Shown: positions 57,684-64,000 of the stretch, one piece after another
How positions within the stretch are numbered: position 1 is the stretch's first letter
Layout of the letters: every line of letters starts with the position of its first letter
Assembly: GCA_964474375.1 (NCBI GenBank)
Contig: CAYYSG010000001.1
Coordinates: 84,196 to 148,195 of the forward strand
DNA length: 64,000 bases
Direction: 5' to 3'
Source of the DNA: an uncultured Candidatus Saccharibacteria bacterium
GTDB lineage: Bacteria; Patescibacteriota; Minisyncoccia; Phycocordibacterales; UBA9973
Made by a program: the position numbers and the translations under genes
The notes under the pieces: model-generated
The model's input: the letters and a program-made list of their open reading frames with translations, nothing else
What the model was told of the DNA's origin: nothing
Database searches by the model: none

Positions 57684-58127
57684 TTAACGAGCATTATATT
57701 CGCGACTTATTATACGGTCCAAGTCGCGCTTTTTGATGGTTTCTCTTTTGTCAGCCTTTTTCTTACCACGGCCAACCCCAATAGAAATTTTGACCCATCT
57801 ATTCTTAATATACAATGATATTGGTACAACTGTCAAACCTTTTTCGTCTGTGTATTTTGTTAGTTTTTTAAGCTCTGCTTTGTTTAGTAATAGCTTTCTG
57901 GTGCGGTCTTTATCGGATACAGCTAGTTTATTGTTCTGGTATTCATCTATTTTCATACCCAGTATGTAGGCTTCACCATTAAAAATCTTTACATAGCTAC
58001 CTGTGATATTGGCCTTGCCTGATTTTACAGATTTGACTTCATGCCCAAGTAGCTCAACACCGGCTTCGAACCGGTCCAGAATTTCATAATCAAAATAAAC
58101 CTTTTTATTTTCTATAACTACGGACAT
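57684..58127 (-). CDS. smpB: SsrA-binding protein SmpB
   Basis: KKVYFDYEILDRFEAGVELLGHEVKSVKSGKANITGSYVKI... Confidence 0.9.
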   Translation of the reverse strand: MSVVIENKKVYFDYEILDRFEAGVELLGHEVKSVKSGKANITGSYVKIFNGEAYILGMKIDEYQNNKLAVSDKDRTRKLLLNKAELKKLTKYTDEKGLTVVPISLYIKNRWVKISIGVGRGKKKADKRETIKKRDLDRIISREYNAR

Positions 58128-58202
58128 ATTTATATACTAGCACAAAATCAAAAACCCCAGCATCTGCTGGAAAAATAAGCCTTCTTCGTGTATAGTGGGG
58201 TC

Positions 58203-60089
58203 ATGAAAATCATGTTTAAAAAATCTAAAAAAGGCAACAAAAAGAATCAACCCAAAGACCCTGGTTTTATGGCGCAGCTAGCAGGGGTTATTATATTCTT
58301 TTTCCTGCTATCTGGTCTGTATGGCATGCTGTCTAATAAAAAAGAAGTTGTAAAAGAAGGCACAATCAGTGAAATAATTACCGTTATTAATTCGAGCAAT
58401 GTTAAAAACATAGTTGTATCTGGTGGGGCAGTCAAAGCCGAACTCATGGATGGTAGCTTTATCGAAGCAACTAAAGAACCCGAATCATCTTTCAGTGACA
58501 CTCTTGCTAACTATGGTGTGTCACCGGAAAATATAGCAGCAGCTAACATTGAAGTTAGAACACAAAGTGGTTTTAAGTACATTCTTATATCAGCACTACC
58601 TTTTATAATACCGCTTATTATAATCGGTGTGCTTATTTATATGATGACACGCCAGGTCAAAGGTAATGGAATGCAAGCTTTTAACTTTGGTCAGTCACGT
58701 GCAAGAATTATTAATCCGGATGATGTTAAGAACCGGATTACATTTGATGATGTTGCTGGTGCGCGCGAAGCCAAACAAGAACTAAAAGAAATAGTAGAAT
58801 TCCTGCGTGAACCAAAAAAGTTCATGGACATAGGAGCTGAAATTCCCAAAGGCGTTCTTCTGACTGGTCATCCAGGTACAGGTAAAACACTGCTGGCTCG
58901 AGCTGTAGCCGGGGAAGCCCGCGTACCATTTTTCCATCTTTCAGGTTCTGAGTTCGTGGAGCTATTTGTTGGAGTCGGTGCGTCACGTGTGCGTGACTTA
59001 TTCAAAATGGCAAAAAAGATGTCACCGTCTATTATATTTATTGATGAAATAGATGCTGTTGGACGGTCTCGCGGTGTTGGTACTGGTGGGGGTAATGACG
59101 AGCGTGAACAAACCCTGAACCAAATACTAGTTGAAATGGATGGTTTCGAACCGACAGACAAAGTCATAATAATGGCAGCAACTAACAGAAGTGATGTACT
59201 GGACAGTGCATTGCTTCGCCCAGGACGGTTCGATCGCCGTGTAATGTTGGACTTACCCGACCGTCGTGATAGGTTGGAAATTCTTAAAATCCACGCCAAG
59301 AAAAAGAAAGTAGGTGATGCTGTTAATTTGGAAACAATATCAGCGCGTACTCCAGGATTTTCCGGAGCAGATTTGTATTCAGTCATGAACGAAGCTGCGA
59401 TTCTTGCTGCCAGAGAAGACAAAAAAGAAGTCGCCCAGAAAAACCTAACTGACGCCGTTGAAAAAGTCATGATAGGCCCAGAAAGACAAAGCCACCTAAT
59501 GGGTGAGAAGGAAAAGAAGCTGACTGCCTACCACGAAGCCGGACACGCGCTACTGGCATCACTACTGGACCATGCCGACCCTGTGCACAAAGTTTCAATC
59601 ATTTCACGTGGGTCAGCTGGTGGTTACACAATGAAAATACCATTAGACGACAAGCGCCTACATACGAAAAATTCTTTCCTAGATGATATTGTTGTATCAA
59701 TGGGTGGATATGTAACAGAAGAAATGATATTGGGTGATGTGACTACTGGACCAAGTAACGACATCCAAGTTGCAACTAGTCTAGCGCGCGAAATGGTAAC
59801 CAAATTCGGTATGGGTAATGACATTGGTCCTGTAGCTACTACTCCATCACAAAAAGTCATGTTTGGTACTGCCGTGGACGGTGTGGTTTCAGAGAAAATG
59901 CAGTCCAGAATAGATACTGAAGTAGAAACTATAATCAAAACCGCATACGAACGTGCTAAGAAGCTAATAGAAGACAATAGGAATATATTGGATGCTATAG
60001 CAGAGAAGCTAATAGAAGTAGAAACATTGGAACAAGACGCATATAACGAAATAATCAAATCTTTCGGCCTTGAACCTAAAACTATATAA
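58203..60089 (+). CDS. ftsH: ATP-dependent zinc metalloprotease FtsH
   Basis: Two N-terminal TM, AAA module [34 protein letters not shown], zinc site HEAGHAL; start at first ATG (ORF track GTG 58188). Confidence 0.9.
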   Translation: MKIMFKKSKKGNKKNQPKDPGFMAQLAGVIIFFFLLSGLYGMLSNKKEVVKEGTISEIITVINSSNVKNIVVSGGAVKAELMDGSFIEATKEPESSFSDTLANYGVSPENIAAANIEVRTQSGFKYILISALPFIIPLIIIGVLIYMMTRQVKGNGMQAFNFGQSRARIINPDDVKNRITFDDVAGAREAKQELKEIVEFLREPKKFMDIGAEIPKGVLLTGHPGTGKTLLARAVAGEARVPFFHLSGSEFVELFVGVGASRVRDLFKMAKKMSPSIIFIDEIDAVGRSRGVGTGGGNDEREQTLNQILVEMDGFEPTDKVIIMAATNRSDVLDSALLRPGRFDRRVMLDLPDRRDRLEILKIHAKKKKVGDAVNLETISARTPGFSGADLYSVMNEAAILAAREDKKEVAQKNLTDAVEKVMIGPERQSHLMGEKEKKLTAYHEAGHALLASLLDHADPVHKVSIISRGSAGGYTMKIPLDDKRLHTKNSFLDDIVVSMGGYVTEEMILGDVTTGPSNDIQVATSLAREMVTKFGMGNDIGPVATTPSQKVMFGTAVDGVVSEKMQSRIDTEVETIIKTAYERAKKLIEDNRNILDAIAEKLIEVETLEQDAYNEIIKSFGLEPKTI

Positions 60090-60093
60090 AAAA

Positions 60094-60124
60094 GAGTCCG
60101 GTATCATTCGATACCGGACTTTTT
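60094..60124. terminator. Bidirectional terminator (11-bp stem)
   Basis: agtccggtatc-attc-gataccggact flanked by A6 and T4. Confidence 0.7.
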
Positions 60125-60139
60125 ATAAGATTCAATTTT

Positions 60140-61675
60140 TTAAGCAGTTTGATGCTTTTGCTTTTCCATGAATTTTTTACCATGGCCAAGCTCTGTGTTA
60201 ATCGGGATACCTTCTTCGCAAAGAGGGCAGTCAGATTCTTCGTGCATTGTCATTTCCACATTCGCCAGGCTGATCAACGGCACTCCACCAATGTTTTCAC
60301 TTGTTACGCCGCCTCTGTTGCAAATAGCGATACCTGCTACAAATTCAGCACCGTATTTTTGACCTGACTCAATAACTTTTGCAAGCGATTTTCCTGTTGT
60401 CAGAATGTCTTCAATTCCTGTACATTTACCGGTCAGGTATTTTTCATAACCGCGGGTGGCTTCGAATGTTTCCTCGCCATTTTCTCCTTTGGTTTTTTCC
60501 AGGAAAATACTGTTAACGATGGTTTTGTCATAGTAGCTCAAATATTTAGCCACAATTTGACCCAAGGCAATTGCTCCTAAGGCCGGTACAACTACCGTCT
60601 GGATCCCTTTGCCTTTTAATCTGTCAGCCATCATCATTCCAATTTCTTCAAGTGCTAATGGGTTAACGGAAACCTTGTCTTTGTTGATATAGGTTGATCC
60701 GTGTTTACCTGAGCTATAAACAAAATGGCCATCTGTGATGATAGCGCCTTGTTCTCTGAGGATCTCCAGGGTTCTTTTCGCCTGTAAGGCAATTTTTTCA
60801 ACAGCCCAGGATTTTTTCGGCAGTTCCAGGTATTCTTTGATTTCAGCGTTCATTTTTCTTAGTTCAATCTGTGCAGCTTTTGCAAAGTTGTCTGAATCAC
60901 TGGCAAATATGATACTACGGCTGGCGTTAATCAAAAGACCATGACCAATTTGGTTTGTTCCAGATTGAATGGTTTCTTTTAAGTCTCCGCCCTGTTTTCC
61001 AATTCCAGGAGCCAGAATAATACCGGATTCTCCGATTTCTTCGCGTACAATCATCATTTCAGTTGGATGGGTTGCACCTACTACTACGGCATAATTTTTA
61101 CCCCAGGATTTAGCCATTTGGGTCATTTTCAGGTATACAGGTACACCATCTACAATCTTATTCTGGAGTTCCAGGCTTCCTTCGTTTGATGTTTTGGCCA
61201 GTACGATAACAAGTTTGTCTTTGAATTTTTCATTAAAAAATGGCAGATTTGCATCTGTCCCAAAGAAACCGTTTATTGTAATGGCATCACACATTTCCAA
61301 GTAGCGAGTGTATCCATTGTTTGTGTTTCCGATATCACCGCGTTTAACATCGGCAATGATCAGGCTTTCCGGATAGTTTTGCGTAATGTATTCGATTGTT
61401 TTTTCGAATACCGCAATACCTGCCGAGCCATGCGATTCGTAGAAGGCAATGTTGATTTTAAAACCAGCTGCTTCTTTGTGCGTTGAGTCAATGATCGATT
61501 TGTTGAATTCCAGAATCGCTGCTACTTTGTTGCCACCATTTTTTTCAATGAGGCGAGTTGGTAATTTCGTTGAGTCGGAATCAAGGCCTACAACTACTAG
61601 TTGCGCTTGGTTCCATTTTTTGTGAAGTTTTTGAATTGATTTCATTAAAATATATATTTTAAGGTTGGTCTCCAT
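60140..61675 (-). CDS. pyrF: Fused orotidine-5'-phosphate decarboxylase (type 2 PyrF, N-terminal) / orotate phosphoribosyltransferase (PyrE, C-terminal)
   Basis: N-half LVVVGLD, ADVKRGDIGNT, PGIGKQGG; C-half VVVPALGAIALGQIVA, IEDILTTGKSL (PRPP-binding). Start ambiguous (ATGs at 61645, 61675, 61684); GC appears higher than genome average. Confidence 0.7.
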   Translation of the reverse strand: METNLKIYILMKSIQKLHKKWNQAQLVVVGLDSDSTKLPTRLIEKNGGNKVAAILEFNKSIIDSTHKEAAGFKINIAFYESHGSAGIAVFEKTIEYITQNYPESLIIADVKRGDIGNTNNGYTRYLEMCDAITINGFFGTDANLPFFNEKFKDKLVIVLAKTSNEGSLELQNKIVDGVPVYLKMTQMAKSWGKNYAVVVGATHPTEMMIVREEIGESGIILAPGIGKQGGDLKETIQSGTNQIGHGLLINASRSIIFASDSDNFAKAAQIELRKMNAEIKEYLELPKKSWAVEKIALQAKRTLEILREQGAIITDGHFVYSSGKHGSTYINKDKVSVNPLALEEIGMMMADRLKGKGIQTVVVPALGAIALGQIVAKYLSYYDKTIVNSIFLEKTKGENGEETFEATRGYEKYLTGKCTGIEDILTTGKSLAKVIESGQKYGAEFVAGIAICNRGGVTSENIGGVPLISLANVEMTMHEESDCPLCEEGIPINTELGHGKKFMEKQKHQTA

Positions 61676-61745
61676 TTTACACATATTTTGTGTATTGTCA
61701 AATATTGGAGTGTATGGTAGATTCAGGGTAATAAATAAAAAAATA

Positions 61746-62816
61746 ATGGAATACAAATTTAACTTTCAAAAATTGCCACTAGTACAGTGGGCTTCCGGAA
61801 CTGTTAGTTTTAGTGGAGAGGGATACTGGTATCATAAGTTTTTAAAGATGATACCTGGTTTTACAAGAAAAGGTATTACTGATGTTATGAAAACAGTAAC
61901 TTTGGTTGGGCGGGTGGGTAACACCCCATTAAACCCTTTAAATTTTCAACCAAAAGAATTGTTCCCAAAATCTATTTGGATAAATTGGGTTCAAGGATCT
62001 CCGGTAAATGCTGTAGGATTAACTAATTTTGGAATCAAAGTTCATCTAAGAGGCTGGGTGAACCAAAAAGATCCTTTCTATGTTTCTATTATGGCAGTAG
62101 GGGAAGAAGGTAAAAAAGTCGTAACAATATCAGAAAAAATTGCAGAAGTTGCTTTAATGGTTGACTCAATTATTCGTAATATCAGCTTGATGCCTATGCT
62201 GGCTGGTGTTCAGATTAATCTTTCTTGTGGTAATACTGGTCATGATCAGCAGCTTGATATAGAAGAAATAATTAAATCTTTGGATGTTTGTATCAGATTG
62301 CATGATCTTGGATTACATGTTATTCCTAAAATAACAGCTGATACTCCAATTGAAGCAATTAAAAAAATATCAGAACATCCAGCTGTAACTGCTATAGCTC
62401 TTTCTAACGCTATTCAGTATGATAAATTTTCTGATAACGAAAAGATAAACCATGGTTTTTCATACTCTGAATATGTTGATGGTCCTGATAATTACGAAGA
62501 CAAAGTTCTAAAACTTGTACCTATGAAATCAAAACTCTTAAATAGAGGCATTGGTATTTCTGGTTCGGTATCTGGAGACATGTTATTTGTTAGGGTTTTA
62601 AAGTTACTGAAAGAAATTGAACCATTTAGAAATGATTTAAAGCCTTTGATAATCGGTGGTGGTATTACTTCTGTTAATAAGTTAGACCAATTAGTGCCTT
62701 ATCTACGAAGAGGTGACAAGATCGCATTAGGTTCCGTTATTTTCTTAAGACCCTGGAGAATATCTGCGATCAAGCAAAGATTGGAATCGCTAAATTTAAA
62801 CAAGACACTTGTGTAA
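61746..62816 (+). CDS. pyrD: Dihydroorotate dehydrogenase-like (PyrD family) protein
   Basis: NAVGLTNFG, VQINLSCGNTGH, LHVIPKITAD, LIIGGGITSVNK...ALGSVIF; start at first ATG (ORF-track TTG 61665). Confidence 0.6.
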   Translation: MEYKFNFQKLPLVQWASGTVSFSGEGYWYHKFLKMIPGFTRKGITDVMKTVTLVGRVGNTPLNPLNFQPKELFPKSIWINWVQGSPVNAVGLTNFGIKVHLRGWVNQKDPFYVSIMAVGEEGKKVVTISEKIAEVALMVDSIIRNISLMPMLAGVQINLSCGNTGHDQQLDIEEIIKSLDVCIRLHDLGLHVIPKITADTPIEAIKKISEHPAVTAIALSNAIQYDKFSDNEKINHGFSYSEYVDGPDNYEDKVLKLVPMKSKLLNRGIGISGSVSGDMLFVRVLKLLKEIEPFRNDLKPLIIGGGITSVNKLDQLVPYLRRGDKIALGSVIFLRPWRISAIKQRLESLNLNKTLV

Positions 62817-62825
62817 TAAAAATTA

Positions 62826-62862
62826 AAAGAGCGGATGTATTACATCCGCTCTTTCTTTTTTT
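62826..62862. terminator. Bidirectional terminator
   Basis: aaaagagcggatgta-tta-catccgctcttt+ttttt. Confidence 0.65.
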
Positions 62863-62864
62863 GT

Positions 62865-64000
62865 TTACATTACTTTCCAGGGTATTTCAATGTTGGCTAG
62901 CATTGGGGTCACTCCTCCAATTTGTTTAGGTACTAGCCAGTTTTCTTTTACTACTTCTACTATTCTATCTTTTTCAGGCTTTGGTATATTGTAGAAATCT
63001 CTTGCAAAATCACTAACGTAAGATTGCATTTTTAAAATAGCTGAATTTTCATCAAAAACATAAGCCAACATTGGTAGTAGCACAGGAGCACTAAATACTC
63101 CCGCACACCCACAATCACATTCTTTTGTGTGAGTATAATGTGGTGCTGTGTCTGATCCAAAGAAAAAACATGATAACCCAGATGTTGCTGCCCAAAGTAG
63201 GGAATTTCTATCCACTGGAAACTTTATTATTGGTTTGCAGTATAGATGTGGGTTTAGCCCTTCACCATGACCACCAGGCCAAGCCAACATAGAATCATTG
63301 TCGTAGATTAAATGATGTAATGTTATTGTGGCTGCTGTTGGGTGGCCTTTTTCATATGCATCTTTTACTAATGCCACAGATCTTCTGTCTGTAATGTGCT
63401 CCAGGATAATTTTTAATTTTGGAAAAGCTTTGCGAATTTCTTTGTACGTTCTATGGAATCTATATTCTCTGTTGTATATGTTGTCGTTTCCAGATTGTTT
63501 CCATGGTTTTATACCTAGTTTACTTAACGTCTCTTCTTTTGTTTTTGGAACTTCTCCGTGTATTGATAATATCATTCCACAAGATTCCATTTCTGAAAAA
63601 ACTGGATACAAAGCTTTAAAATCTTTGACTCCTCCAGTTGAAGCTGTCGTTACTCCATCAGGATAAAGTTTACCTGACAGTGTTCCAATTTTTCTTGATT
63701 CGCGAATAATTTCAGGTGTAGTGTCTGGACCAATTTTTAAAACCACAAGTGGGTTAAAATCTAAGCCAGTTTCGTTAGCAGATTTTATCAGGTTGTTGTA
63801 CCAAATAATTTTTTCTACAGTGTCTATTGCCGGAGCATTGGGCATGATTGCTGCAATTGAAAATTGTTTTGCTGTTTCTGATACAATTTCTTGAAAATTT
63901 CGATAAGAATGTAGTTTGTTTGCACGTTCATCGTTACTTTGGATTTTGTTCGAAAAGAATTGAGGATCACGTAAGTGTACATGCGGGTCGAAAGTGTTGA
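62865..64000 (-). CDS. pyrC: Dihydroorotase (PyrC, E. coli-like class II), 5' end beyond window
   Basis: Frame stays open to window edge (…FDPHVHLRDP…); KLYPDGVTTAS, ILSIHGEV, FFGSDTAPH, KECDCGCAGVFSAP. Confidence 0.75.
   Translation of the reverse strand, partial: NTFDPHVHLRDPQFFSNKIQSNDERANKLHSYRNFQEIVSETAKQFSIAAIMPNAPAIDTVEKIIWYNNLIKSANETGLDFNPLVVLKIGPDTTPEIIRESRKIGTLSGKLYPDGVTTASTGGVKDFKALYPVFSEMESCGMILSIHGEVPKTKEETLSKLGIKPWKQSGNDNIYNREYRFHRTYKEIRKAFPKLKIILEHITDRRSVALVKDAYEKGHPTAATITLHHLIYDNDSMLAWPGGHGEGLNPHLYCKPIIKFPVDRNSLLWAATSGLSCFFFGSDTAPHYTHTKECDCGCAGVFSAPVLLPMLAYVFDENSAILKMQSYVSDFARDFYNIPKPEKDRIVEVVKENWLVPKQIGGVTPMLANIEIPWKVM

Noticed and set aside
58868-59470. 200-aa minus-strand ORF inside ftsH
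   Set aside because: Completely contained in the highly conserved ftsH AAA module; spurious.
1-64000. CRISPR arrays, transposases, integrases, toxin-antitoxin pairs, restriction-modification genes
   Set aside because: No regularly spaced direct repeats and no ORFs with recognisable DDE/tyrosine-recombinase/methyltransferase-nuclease motifs were found. The only repeats are the 93-bp promoter module pair, short coding tandem repeats and the 22-bp inverted repeat at 44236.

Overview
Low-GC (about 35-42% by eye, not computed), standard-genetic-code, gene-dense bacterial window. Several hallmarks point to a Candidate Phyla Radiation (Patescibacteria)-like small-genome organism, though this remains an inference. 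Core content: tuf followed by an S10-spc-type ribosomal protein cluster (rpsJ-rplC-rplD-rplW-rplB | rpsS-rplV-rpsC-rplP-rpmC-rpsQ-rplN-rplX-rplE || rpsN-rpsH-rplF-rplR-rpsE-rplO-secY-adk-map). rpmD (L30) is absent between rpsE and rplO. The cluster carries an internal terminator/promoter between rplB and rpsS, and is split by a roughly 6 kb insertion between rplE and rpsN. That insertion holds a GH3 NagZ-like hydrolase, five hypothetical (mostly membrane) proteins including two tandem SPFH-like paralogs and a 797-aa polytopic membrane protein, and two copies of a ~93 bp terminator-promoter-5'UTR module. Other housekeeping genes: partial comM/yifB, a LysM-M23 peptidase, a UvrD/PcrA helicase, rsmA, rplS, rpmB, rplT-rpmI-infC, a glmM-like mutase, DoxX, rmuC, ndk, a beta-CASP MBL hydrolase, smpB-ssrA (tmRNA), ftsH, tRNA-Leu(GAG) with an adjacent 5'-half pseudo-copy, and tRNA-His(GUG) with encoded G-1. 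Accessory or unusual content: a four-gene operon of secreted/anchored envelope proteins abutting rsmA, a 1471-aa K/E-rich giant protein with a small acidic partner, a Cys-repeat/(TTGQ)n surface protein, an HTTM-DCC fusion membrane protein, and an orphan TraG/VirD4-like (TraG-D_C) ATPase with no TM domain. There is also a eukaryote/Bacteroidetes-type GH3 'auxin-responsive' family gene next to a GC-richer secreted-protein gene (possible HGT), and a pyrC / pyrD / fused pyrF-pyrE pyrimidine block at the 3' end. Many intrinsic terminators (several with GNRA loops), several sigma70-like promoters placed within ~10 nt of their ATGs (apparently leaderless mRNAs), and few SD sequences. No CRISPR array, transposase or integrase was seen.
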